DNA of 59,696 nucleotides, counting the filler, from Porpidia crustulata (lineage: Eukaryota), in the NCBI GenBank assembly GCA_964255105.1. It is 5 parts of 5 records of this genome, joined end to end, with 100 filler letters (N's around TTAATTAATTAA, not from the genome) between each part and the next. Parts side by side here need not be neighbours in the genome. Positions count along the whole stretch, not along the records: positions 35,896 to 47,748 come from CAXUWE010000591.1; positions 47,849 to 59,696 come from CAXUWE010000592.1; 3 more parts are not named here. One strand, written 5' to 3'. Made by a program: the position numbers and the translations under genes. The notes beneath the pieces are model-generated. The model was not told the origin of the DNA. It searched no databases and worked only from the letters and a program-made list of their open reading frames with translations. Below are positions 35,896 to 47,896 of this stretch, piece after piece (within the stretch, counting starts at the first letter, position 1; each line of letters opens with the position of its first letter).

Positions 35896-38800
35896 TCCTC
35901 AATCTTTCGCATCAGCCTCAACCTCTCGCCCTGCTTGTCCGCACTGTCTGCACTGCTCCCACCACTGACGCCACTCACGCCGCTCGTACCGCTGACACCG
36001 CTGCCAACATCATCTTCGCCAAATAACGCCTTCTCCGCCTCTATGTTGGCGTTCTCGAGCCGGGCAGCTGCTAGCGTGTCGGCGATGAGGGTTTCGTATT
36101 TCGCATCCGCGGCTATGTGGCCGCCTGCCGCGAAGTCGCGGTAGGCTTTGGTTTCGGGGGCATCGATGAGGCGGAAGTCGAGATCGTTGAGGCTACTTCT
36201 ATTATCACGAGGCGCCTTGGCTGGTACCTCTTTTGTCTTGGGCAAGTTTCGGTTCATTGGCGAGCCATTACGAGGTGTGCCTCTACCACGGGAAGGAGGT
36301 TGCTGAAACCTGCCAGTGCCGTTCGCAGATCCACTGCCGTTCGCAGGAGGCTCTTTAGCTGGATCAGTAGGGTCTTTGCCTGTAGTGCAGATACAGCGGC
36401 AAGATGCCATATTGCAGGTTTCAAGGCAAGCATGGCCGCATGGAAGGGATCTTTGGCAAGGCTTTCGGCAGATAATGGTGCTGTGATCGAAAGGATGGCA
36501 ATTCAACATACAGCTGTGGCCGCATGGAAGTTTTTCGGCACAGGGCACTTTGCAGCCGCCGACGAGATCTGAGAAAGATTCCGCACAGGTGGCTTCGACT
36601 ACTCGCGAGTGCTTCTCACAGGTAAGAGGAAGGACGTTGCCCACTCGACAAGGATCTTTGCTCATGATTTTGAGAACATCTGACCACAACTTGTTCCTGC
36701 GTAGGAGTTGTTCGTCGCCGAATATATAGAATCCACGCTGAGCCCGAGACAACGCGACGCAGACTCGGTTCTCGACCGCCAGAAAACCGATGCTATTTTT
36801 GCTCCGCACGAGTGAGAGTAATACAACTTCATTCTCTTCACCTTGATAGGAATCCACTGTCACGATTTTGAAAACACAACCTTGCAGATTAGAATGTCTT
36901 CGCAATTCTTTTAATATCAATTTTCTTTGCCCGTTGTAAAAAGTCAGAACAGTGATATTCTTCACATTCATTCCGTTGTACACGAGATAATTGAAGAAAG
37001 CAACAATCATATCCGCCTCCTGCTGATTGACCTTTGACATAAGCTGATCACTATTTTCTTCCCAGCGGTGATTAAAGAAGTAGCTATTGGCACCGCCCAT
37101 GCCAGGGATAGGGCGTTTCTCCAAAACAGAGGGATGGTCTTCCAAGTTCTGATAGATTGGTGCCAACAGCCTCCTTATCTCAGGGACCATACGGCGCTGC
37201 CGGCTTAATCGAGAAAATTCAACCTGGTTCTTGACCAAGCGCTCGAACATTGAAACGTCGAGATAGAAGGGTGGCCCTTCCAGTTCTTGCATAGAACAAT
37301 GGCCTCGAAGCTGCTGATGGTCGCCTACTAGAATGAGATGCTCTAGTGAATCAAAACAAGCAGCGGTGATGTTAGCCTCGAGTGTTTCGGCAGCTTCCTC
37401 GATAAGCACAACTTTCGGCTTCAGACCTTGAACAAGACCGCGGTATTTGCTGAGACCCGTGGTTGTCATGCCGATGATCCGAGCTTGTTTCAAATAATTC
37501 AAATCGACCTCCCATCGACCGATCTTTGATTGCACTACGAGGTCCGCGTACTGCTTTGCCAAGTCACGGAAGGATTTGCGGATGATGTCTTTCGCCTTTT
37601 GCTGCATATATCGATAGACTGGTCCTCGATATGCCTCTTCGATCTCCCATAGATCCTGCTTCTGCAAATGCTTCCAAACATTTTCCTCTTTAACATCCCC
37701 AGAATCAGCAGTGAAAGGTTCAGAGAAGAACATACGTGGGCCTCTTAAGGTGTCGAAATCCTCCTCGTCATCGATTTTTGTTTCTGCCTCTACTTCTTTC
37801 AACTGCTCAAACTCGAGGTCCACCTCTTCAAAATCCAAACCCATTTGCTCTGGCATTATATTTCGTTTTGCCACGATTAATTCTTTTCCAAGCCACACTG
37901 CCATATCTCCCGGTACTTGCAAAGCATCAGCCTTGAACCACTCCGCCGCGCCTCTAATCAGAGACTCATATTGAGTCTCTGTGATAATGCCAAGATCATT
38001 GAAGAACTTAGCCCCCAGTGGCTCCGAACCCTCAGTCAATGGTTTCAAAAGCTCTAGCATCTCCTTGTGTAATTGGGCCATCTTCTTGGCAGCCTTTATT
38101 CTGTATCCTCCCGGAATTGAGGCAGGGGGACCTCCGCCCTTGATCGCAAATAGCGTCCGCGGCTTAATGATTTGCATGTCGGAAGTCCTTCCTCCGAGGC
38201 GTATGAACTTTGGCTCAAATTGCGCAACATGGCGTAGCAGCTGGTCAAGGGCATGATTGGTATGACAAGCTATAATAACAGGTGCGCTCCCATAGCGCAT
38301 ATTTTGAATGAGAAGCCGTAGAGCAACAACAGATACATGTGTTTTGCCCGTACCCGGAGGACCATGAATAACGGCCAGGCGCTTCGATAAGATCCGAATT
38401 AATGCAGCCAATTGAGATGGATCAAGTTCTGATGCAGCGTCTTCCGGCCAATCTTTGATGATGTTGACGCTAAGGAAATCATCGGCATTTGACTGGAAAG
38501 CCAATGAGATATTCTGCATCGGCTGTTCAACAAGATATTGTGGCGGCTCGACGTCCTTCTGTAATTCGACAATGTGCTCAGAAAGGGGGAACCTGAGCAA
38601 TTTAGTCAAAATTCTTTGGAGTAACCGCGTTGTTTGCATACTTTTCGCGCGCAATCTTCTGCAGACTCCGAAGTGTGTGACGATATGCTTCATAGTATCC
38701 ATTTCGCGCTTCGACCATCACCCACTCTTGTTGAGGATCAATCTCAATTTCATGCGGCCCACCAAAGTATATGTCGATCTCAGGTGGATTCTGCTGCACT

Positions 38801-39464
38801 GCCTCTAGAGACCGCGCAGCTACGACGGCGATACGACAGGTGGTCTTGAACATATCACTCGCCGGCGATAAGGCAACCAGCGAGCCTGTTATTAATCTCT
38901 TTGACTGTTCCCACACGATTTTCTTTCCCGCCCTTCTCGTGGAGAATGTAATTCTTGCGGCTAGGCCGCCGGTGGTGAACGTGTACCCGAGGATGTAGAC
39001 CTGTTTTCATTGAGTCCTTGTTAATGGTAAGAAGTGAGGGTTGCCTTAGTTACCTTTTCGTAAATAGCCGCGTTTTCCTGCGAATTCTTTTCCTCTATCT
39101 GAGGCTCTGCAAGGACCTCAGATACCACATTACGCATTGGTGCTACTGCGTCTTCTCTAAGAAGCCCATAATGAGCTTCTAGGTACTCTTCTTTTGATGA
39201 CCAAGGCTGCGTGACCTTATTTACCGCCACTTCAACTTCATCGTCTTGGATGTCGCTGGTCAGTCCGCCGCGGATTTCTTGCGATGTTGGAATCTCGCGC
39301 TGATGGCGCCACGATTGCACATTGTCTGTATCTTGGAAAGCCTTTTCGTACTCTCTGATACTGAGATCAAGCGTCAGTCTGGGCCTTGAGTTGCTAGACT
39401 GTGGCTCGTGTGGTTGCTGCTTGGCATTACCACGACCGAAGCGCTCTTGAAGATGCTCATTCAT
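35896..39464 (-). CDS. hrr1: UPF1-like SF1 RNA helicase with NF-X1-type Zn fingers (Hrr1/SAD-3/ZNFX1 family); 3' end cut by contig end, start uncertain
   Basis: Motifs YLEAHYGLLREDAVAP, WEQSKRLITGSLVALSP, HGPPGTGKT, IEEAAE, VGDHQQLR, TVDSYQGEENEVVLLSLVRS and NRVCVALSRA, followed by CGHxC repeats. Two GT-AG introns near 39000-39050 and 38600-38640. Confidence 0.9.
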
Positions 39465-40804
39465 GTCTGGTTGGCCTGTCAATGTGGTCAGCTGAATCAC
39501 CAAAGATCAGAACATCACATGAGCCGAGAGGTCAAAACACAGCAGAACTTCGACTGAGTTTTGGGACGGAAAAGGTGATTCGTGAAGTCTGAGCAGTGAA
39601 TCTAAAGCACATTGATCATGGATGAATGAACCGCAACTCAGAAGAACTTGAAGAACGAGGTAGAGAAGCCAAGTCTTCTGCGCGTGCAGAGCAGTTGCGT
39701 ACTTTGATCATCTATTGAATCGTGTAATGCTTGGGTGCGGAAGTTATCGATACCTGCCGTTACAGCAGATGAAGTGCCTCGTGCTATTATCAAGATGTGG
39801 GTCAGCAAGTGATCCTGATGACAGAGATACTATGATCAGGATGGCTCTTACATTGGTACTTCCTGGGCGGTTCGGAGGGCTTTGCACGTTTACGTGAGGT
39901 TACGTGCTTCCAAGATTGATCTGCCATGGTAGAAGGGTCAGAGACTTCCTGTCCGGAGTCCATGATCTGGGTGACAAAGGAAGTGCAATGGCGACGTTGA
40001 CAATAAAGTCGTCATATTAAGTTTGTAATTATGTTAGAGAGAATCATCGAAAATCGATAAGCGGACGACAACACGAAAATGATGTATCAGTCTATCCATA
40101 GCAACACTTCGAGGGCGTCACATTCACACCCTTCCACCATTTTACAAGACAGAGCATCAAGGTGGCCATCAAGGATATGTTGATTCCGACGGTGAGATAG
40201 AAAAGTTAAGGAGACAGCAGTAATACATGCAAGCATCGAGACCAAAAGCTCCATGCGAGGATCCGATACAATTAAGAAGGCCTGCCAGTGTACGAGCGTG
40301 TCATTTACCTACCTGAAGAACTGGTCATGAAGTGATATCGATAATCACAGCTCTGAGGCTTAGCTTCGGCCACCTGCCAATCCATGGAGCTATAGGTATG
40401 GGTGGATGGAAAAAAAAGTCTCCAGGTAGAAGATCTAGCTTCAGGTTGAGGGCTGAGAGCACTTATGTCTGTAGGAATTGTATCAATTAGAAGTATCAGG
40501 CTCTTCTTGCAGTGGTGATTCTGTTGTATTGGGTATATGGTCTTCTCATCTAGACGTGGTACGTGACAATCATCATTGGATGAAAGCTGTGTTTGTTTAG
40601 TGTACATGAAAGCGCTATCCAAGATACAAATTGGTTCATTCTACAACTCAATGGGACCTCAATTTCAAATACCAAAGGCAGGGACGTTCCTCAAAGTCAA
40701 AGATTGGTGAAGATGGAACGCAAAGAGAAGGAACAGACTGATAGACTAGGTGGGGAAGGAAGATGTCTTTGAGAGTAGATAGATAGACGCACAACGGGAG
40801 GTGC

Positions 40805-41450
40805 TTGCCTCAGTTCTTAGACGTACCTCGCTAAGCCCCTTCGGGTTAGCTAACGTCGATTTGACTGACTACGCAGCGTATCGACGATACGTCTGAGTTC
40901 AAAACTGTGTATTCATGTCAGATATACGTTAAAATGACGATGCTAAATGTGCGTTTTGCAACAACGATCGACTAGCTTGTGATTTCTGTACGCGGAATGT
41001 CTTCTAATGAATTCATTATGACTTTATATTATGTTATATTTCATATCTGTTGTGCGTGCGTTGTGAACAAGGGCAATTCTGATTCGTTTTGCTAAGAAAT
41101 TGAAAAAAAAGTTAACGTTGAAACTGTAGCGTATGCAATATTGCTTTACATGTAATTAACACATTATAACGTTGTAAATTTATACTGTAATGATATTATT
41201 ATGTGAATATGTATCATATCTCGCGACGAGACTAGTTTGCGATCGAAATCAATGATGTCGTGATGTCGTTGTGTGAGCTTGAATTTTCATCTTTCTGTAC
41301 GTTAACGCATACCTGACTGAAATAATGAGTTGTGATCTCAGACGTGCCGCCATCATGCTGCGTAGTCAGCAGGGCTAACCCGAAAGAGCTTAGCATAGGA
41401 CGTAGCTAACCCGAAGGGGCTTAGCGATGCACGTCTGAATTCTGAGGCAA
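40805..41450. mobile_element. Non-autonomous foldback DNA transposon (MITE-like, probably Mutator-derived) with long degenerate TIRs and an 8-9 bp TSD
   Basis: Left end TTGCCTCAG...AGACGT...TCGCTAAGCCCCTTCGGGTTAGCTA; right end TAGCTAACCCGAAGGGGCTTAGCGA...ACGTCT...CTGAGGCAA. Inverted similarity continues inward for more than 120 bp. Flanked by the direct repeat GGAGGTGC(T) at 40797 and 41451. AT-rich non-coding core. Confidence 0.88.
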
Positions 41451-41852
41451 GGAGGTGCTATTCCATGCCTTTTGGAGTACGTAATCATAGATTGACGCTA
41501 GTAAACTCCGAATACACTAGAGCTAAGCGAAGTCTGGGGAAGCCTGGCATCGAACGTCTCGTGAGTTAGAGTCCATTCATAATCATTACCCACGATTGGA
41601 ATGGTGAACATAAGTAGTCAAGCGTTGAGAATGAAATGAGAATGATTTTACGGGCTCCTCGTTGGTTCTCTATAAAAGCCCTTCTATGACTGAAGGCTTA
41701 TTCAATGGTGTGAACAGTCAGGGCTCTAGCAGTTTCAATACACCCGGACCGTTAAGAGTCTGACATGCAATCATTCGGTGGAGACGATGACGACAAATAC
41801 AGCGCTGGTATGGTCATTCCGCCCAGTTCTCACACTATCTTAGGCTAAATCT

Positions 41853-44050
41853 ATGGCAGGCTCTGTAGATGGTAGCTCGGACAATGATCAAGACGGGCAG
41901 CTAGACGATCTGGATGTGGACGGGGATGGTGATCAGGAAGGTGACGGCGACGGCGATGCTGAAAACGATGACGAAAATGAGGAGAACGAGGATGAATATG
42001 ATGAGCCAGATCGGGAAGATTCGCAGGATCCATTTGGTGATCAGTCGAACCGGGGCCTGACCAAGCCGGCAGCAACCTCTCAAGGGTCTCTACTTAGCAG
42101 CCGATCTGGATCCACCCAAGACTCTAATAGTTTTGGGGGGCCTGTCTTATCCGCTCCGACGTCGCATCCAAAACCGACGGTCCTTTTAACCGCGGCATCA
42201 CCTACGCCCATCTCCTCGGCTCCAAACATTCCGACGATTGAGACCCCGAAAATAAGGCCGGAAGTATTGACCGCTTCTGTCTACGATATTGTACCCACAA
42301 TCGCCGCACCACATTCCACTTCTATAAACTCGATAACAGCGACCCCCGATCTGCGCTGGGTCTTTAGTGGAGGTGCCGATGGCTATATCAGAAAATTCAA
42401 CTGGGTAGAGACGGCCAATGGCAAAGCTATGCTCACTGTGGCGCAACGGCATCCTTTCGTTGACAGTGTGACAAAGGCTGGCGTACTTATGAGTTATTGG
42501 GAAAATGAGGACACCAGTGGTGAGTAACGTTACATCGTCTAGAAACCATTAGCTAATAATGGTGGAGCGATAGTGAAGCCAAACAGTGGCGAAGATGGTC
42601 CTACACTCTCATCTGTGTATTCACTTGCCGTACAGCATGAAGGTTTGTGGCTTTTATCCGGACTCGAATCTGGTGGCATCAACTTGCAATCGATTCGTCA
42701 CGAGGAAGGTAAATTGATCGCCTGCCTTCGTAAGCATAAGTCAGCTGTATCCGTTTTAAAGCTTGCCCAAGATGAGCAATCGCTGTTGTCAGGAAGTTGG
42801 GACAAAAGCGTTGTTGACTGGGACTTGAACACGGGCCAGTTGAAGCGCACCTTTGAAGGGAGCGGAGGTCAGATCTCCGCGCTCGAGGTTCGACCCTTTT
42901 CCAATCTACCAGTACCTGAGGCCTCCGGTGATGTGGTTGTGGCCAGCAGCACTTTTACTGTCTCTGACAAGCCTCGTCCCAACGGCGTCCTAACAAATGG
43001 CGCCGATTATGATGGGAAGATCGATCCTCAGTCTACAGAGAATGGCATTTCTAATGAAGCGGGATCTCCTACGGACTCGTTATTCGGTGGTAATGGAGCT
43101 GACTCACTCTTCGGTGATAATGAAGATGCTGAGGCCGGGGCACCCTTAGGGGGCGACTTCGTTGTTGACGACGACGAAGATGACTTCTCTCGAGCAGTTG
43201 CTAATGGCATTCAAGAGCAGGATCATGAAGACGCAGAGGGTGATGTAGACATGGTTGATGCAGCTCAAATCCCCATTGTTCCATTAGCGAACGGAGGTGT
43301 CACAGATCCATCCGTCTTAGAGTCAGCGCCCTCAGATAGCCAAACACTGTCACCTAATCAAGCTTCTGAAAGCACGCTTAATGGGTTGCACTCTATTGAG
43401 CACGCATCGCATCCTTCCCACGAGGCTCTTTCAGCAACTCAAGCTCAAGATAACTCTACGGTAGCGCCTTCGGATGTCCCTTCAACTGCTGAATCGACAT
43501 TCCTCGCTGCTTCGAGAGACGGTAGCCTACGTGTATGGGACAAGCGCCAATCGACGCCAATCGCTAAAATTCTACCCCGAAATGTTCCCCCATGGTGCAT
43601 GAACGCCTGTTGGTCACCTGATGGAAATTATATCTATGCTGGTCGCCGAAATGGTACAGTGGAGGAATATAGCCTCCACAAAGGCTTAAAGGGTGTCGAA
43701 CGAAGCTTGAAGTTGCCCAATGGCAGCGGACCTGTCAGCGCAGTCCGAGCTATGCCAAATGGTCGACATCTAATATGGTGAGCTATGAAAGATCCTGTCC
43801 AAGACCTACAATACTAACATTTGGAAGCGCATCTTATGACATTTTAAGACTTTACGATTTAGAACAGCAGCAGACATTCAAACATTCTACGGTTCCATTC
43901 CTTATTGTGCCTGGCCATCGTACTGGCGTTGTCTCTCAACTGTATATTGATCCAAGCTGTAGGTATATGATCTCCACTGCCGGCAATCGTGGATGGGAAG
44001 GAAACTCAACAGAGGTTCTGTTGGGTTATGAGATTGGCGTTGGAAAATGA
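41853..44050 (+). CDS. SPT8: SAGA complex WD40 subunit Spt8, 3 exons
   Basis: Acidic N-terminus; YDIVPTIAAPHSTSIN, FSGGADGYIRKFNW, LTVAQRHPFVDSVTKAG, PPWCMNACWS, AGRRNGTVEEY and VPFLIVPGHRTG. Confidence 0.96.
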
Positions 44051-44907
44051 AGATTATCTGGATGTAACATGACCGACTTGGAGATGTTGGTGCGGGAACA
44101 GCGAATCTTGCTGGATCGTGAAGGGTTTGATTCTCGAGATTTAATACGCATTATATCCCATGATTTGGTTAGATATTTCGAAGGGAGTATAGAGGTAAAT
44201 TCTTAATTCGACATGGTTGAAACTGCAAGAACACTGACTTCATGCGGAATATTCTCTCTTGACGAGATCCTATTGCGATGCACTGGATGAACGCAGTCAA
44301 TGTCGTTACTCTCCCCTTTTGATTTGCATGTCCAACTAGACATCCAGTTGTGACGGTAATTGATGGTGGAAAAATCCAGCGCCGTAGCGTTGCGACTTCT
44401 TGTTTAGGACCCTTGACCTCTTGCGAAGTGTCCCATATTGATTCCGGTGTAAGAAAAACCTCCAAGTACTTCCAGATCCATGCCTTCCATGTGGAGGGAG
44501 CCCAAGACTTCATTTTCTCGCGAGGACTTCAATATAGCTACCGCATTCTATCTCCAGCTCGAAAACGGTCGATAAATCGGTCTCAGACAATTAGACCCGT
44601 CCTCATCAAGCTTGAATCTTCCAATAACCATGACAGATTAAGTCAATAAATAACTTGCAAAGTTCATGCTTTTGGTAAGATTGCTCAGCTCGAAGTCATT
44701 CTTAACCGCTGCTCTGATTGCCTTGATGCGTTTTGAAGGTATGTCTCCAAATGAAGGACAATTATTTTGCTGATCCGGCTCAACACTGACATATACGGCA
44801 GTGGCGATCATTTACATATTTTCCTGCGCTTCTAGATAAACAGTCACCGCCACAATCGCTCTTGACTATAAGCACTCTCGCCTCTAGCTCATCGCGAATC
44901 GCCCACA

Positions 44908-47212
44908 ATGCCCAAACTACGTGATGTTACTGTCAGCGTTACAGATGAGAAGGGGAGCAGTCTTGAAGAATGGGGCGTCCAGATCTTAAGAAGCCAGAAC
45001 AAAGTCTCCGCATACATCAGGTCAACCACCGACACACCTTTCAGAGTTTCCATTCAACCGTTGATCCCGTACATTACCCCTGATGTACCACCTGCGAAAC
45101 AATCATCTTCAAAGCGAACTCGATCCAACTCTATTGGTGAGGTTTTGCATAGACGCAGTGAGCCGCATTATACCCACAAAGAGAAAAGCGTCGTCCTCTC
45201 ATCTCCACCCCGACCATGGGACCGCCAAACCTCATCCCCTCCACCCGACTTTGATTTCCTTGCATGTCTCTATATCGACGGTCGTCAAAAACCGGAGCGT
45301 AAACTTATTGTCTACCTCGACCCGAGCCATTCCGAGTTTGCGGCTCCAGATGGCAAAGTTAAATTTACATCACGTTGTGTGGAGGGTCGTGACGGTAGCT
45401 TGAAAACGCATGCTTGGGTTTTTAAAGATGTTGGAGTAGAATCTTCGTTTGAGAAGATGAATATATCCGGAGCTGAGCAGGCGGCGAAAGATTTTGACGA
45501 ACCTATTGAAGACCGTCTTGCTAGAGGACTTCAGTCAACCGCTCTGACTGGAGAAGGAGGTACTAGTACACAAGATACGGCCAAATTCGGACAAATCGTT
45601 GTCACCCTCCACAAGGTTAGGCTCGGAAATGTTATAGTCGATGCAAATTATCGTTTCAAGCACAGGGAAGGCGATAAAGATGATTGTGAAATAGATGGAA
45701 TTGACAGAGGTGTTACACACACTACCAAGTAAGCTGACATACACTGGTCTACTCAATATTCTAGCCGCTGACTGTCATAGACTCACACATATAAAGACCT
45801 TATCACGCGCGCCAGCGAGTCTCATAAGTTACGAATTCTATGATCGTAAGGTGGATGTTTTCGCTACGTTCCAATTTTTTTACAGAAGCCAACGTGAGTA
45901 CATACAAGATGGTCCGACAAATAGACTTCTCTAATGAAGGTGGACAGAAAGCCTCGAGAAATTCAACTTCCCTAATTTTCCTCGAAAACTACCCAGAGCG
46001 TACACCACAAATTCGGGGCGTCTAAACACGGAACTCTTCAACAAGACAACACCTCTGAGCATTTCCCGTGGATTGCATAGTCACACAAAGAGACCAAAGC
46101 CTAGGGGCAAAGCTTTCGAAGAAAATGTGCGGGACCAGGATTTCGAAGCCTTCAAACCCAGGTACGAATCTACTGATGGATACCGCGATCCAGCAGTCAT
46201 GGCAAAGGGAGAGAGAACATTACGAGTTTCCAGCAGGGCCCGGCCATTGACTCTTCAGCCGCAAAAAGATGGCGACGACTCTCAAACCATGTGTGAACGA
46301 AGACCGTCTCGGTTCGCTAAATGGAAGGAGCTAAGCTCCAACGAAAAGGAAATGAGAGAGGATCGCTCAACGACGCCGTCATCTGCCTCAAGCACCGATT
46401 CTATCTGCAGCATAATTGAGATGTCATATACAAAACAAGTCACAGGATCTCCCTATTCCCCGCCTGAGTTGATGAGAGAACACATGGATGCAACTTCAAT
46501 ACTACCAGATCAACCGTGCTCTCCAATAAACTGTGGTCTAAAGTCCAACAAGGGCGATTTACCCACAAGCCTTCGCCTACGCAACGATCATCGCCTCCTG
46601 ATGCCTACTGCCCCACCACCTGGGAAGCTTCAACCTCCCACGATACACCCAATAGCCTCGTCTTCCTCAGAGCCACACACAACCTCAACAAGTCTTGCCG
46701 TCCAGAGCAAACAGCCCGGTAATGCCACTTACCGCAAGACCGGTCAGACCAGCGACGCCGACGACGAACGCGAAGACTCGGATCCCGACGACGACGAACA
46801 AGCCGACGACAACAAGGAAAACGAAGATCCCGATGACCCGAATGATTTCTTGAGCGCGGACAAGGACGACGAGGGGTTGCGCGGACGATTGCAGGCGGTG
46901 CAGATCGGTGCTAGGAAGCGGGCCCTTGATGATGATGACGACAAGGATGACGAGGATCGTGAGGAGACCGTAAGAGGAACTACAGAGACTGGGGCGGGAA
47001 GCACGGAGGATGAACAGATGAACGGGTCTACGGATACAGTCTTGCGAGGCAGTAGAGGGATGAGAAACGAGCTTGTTGAGGGGGACGTGAAGCCGCTTGA
47101 GGAGATGAGTCGGCCGAAGAGGGTGAAGATTATGGCGGAGGATGTTGCGGTGGAGGTGGTGGTGGAGCCAATAACGGACGAACCGATGGCGGAAACGGCG
47201 CAAGGGTTATAA
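44908..47212 (+). CDS. Fungal hypothetical protein (N-terminal beta-rich domain resembling DUF7918-type proteins; disordered acidic C-terminus), 3 exons
   Basis: LEEWG...VSAYIRSTTDTPFRVSI, ACLYIDG, GQIVVTLHKV and FATFQFFYRS. GT-AG introns near 45729-45780 and 45894-45947. The family assignment is from memory. Confidence 0.75.
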
Positions 47213-47748
47213 TTGTAGCAGGGTCGATAAGGGAACGAACCTGCAAGGATGGGCGAGCCGAGCAATAAGTAGTCGCATCTTCTTTTGCTCATAGCAGCGA
47301 TCTCGAGAGAGGCGATGTGGCTGCGAAGAAGACGAGGCGGTTGATTATGGTTCGTAGAGTTGGGATTGTTTTTTTTCGTTGGGGGGGTCTGAGCTATTCG
47401 TCATGGAGGTCGTTACTCGCACGGGATCCGATTTTTCTTTTTTTTCTTCCATGGATGGAATTTGTGAGGATGAATGATGAACGAACGCATGAGTGGGTGG
47501 GTGATGGGTGATGGTGGATTGATAGGTCTACTCTAGCCGAAAGAGCATGCATGCAATTCAGAGAAGTTTTTCTTCTTTCGCGTGGGAGTTTGGAGTGGTG
47601 GTTTGAGGTTACGTCTTTGGGGTTTCTAAGTGATGTGAGTGTGTGTGTTTTGGGATGTTGAGATTTCTGGAGCCATCTACTGCCATATCCCTTGCCCTCT
47701 TCTTTCTACTTCCTCAGCCCATCACGTTCCTCGCCCTTCCCCCTCAAC

Positions 47749-47848
47749 NNNNNNNNNNNNNNNNNNNNNNNNNNNNNNNNNNNNNNNNNNNNTTAATTAA
47801 TTAANNNNNNNNNNNNNNNNNNNNNNNNNNNNNNNNNNNNNNNNNNNN
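47749..47848. other. Artificial contig linker
   Basis: N44-TTAATTAATTAA-N44. Confidence 0.99.
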
Positions 47849-47896
47849 GGGCGAGGAGGCGGGATTGGTGGGTGGGTTGCAAAAGGTTCTATGGAA

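Noticed and set aside
46685..47292. Minus-strand 172/182-aa ORFs (likewise 56155-56730 and 58738-59313)
   Set aside because: Shadows or alternative frames of low-complexity or GC-rich exons of real genes.
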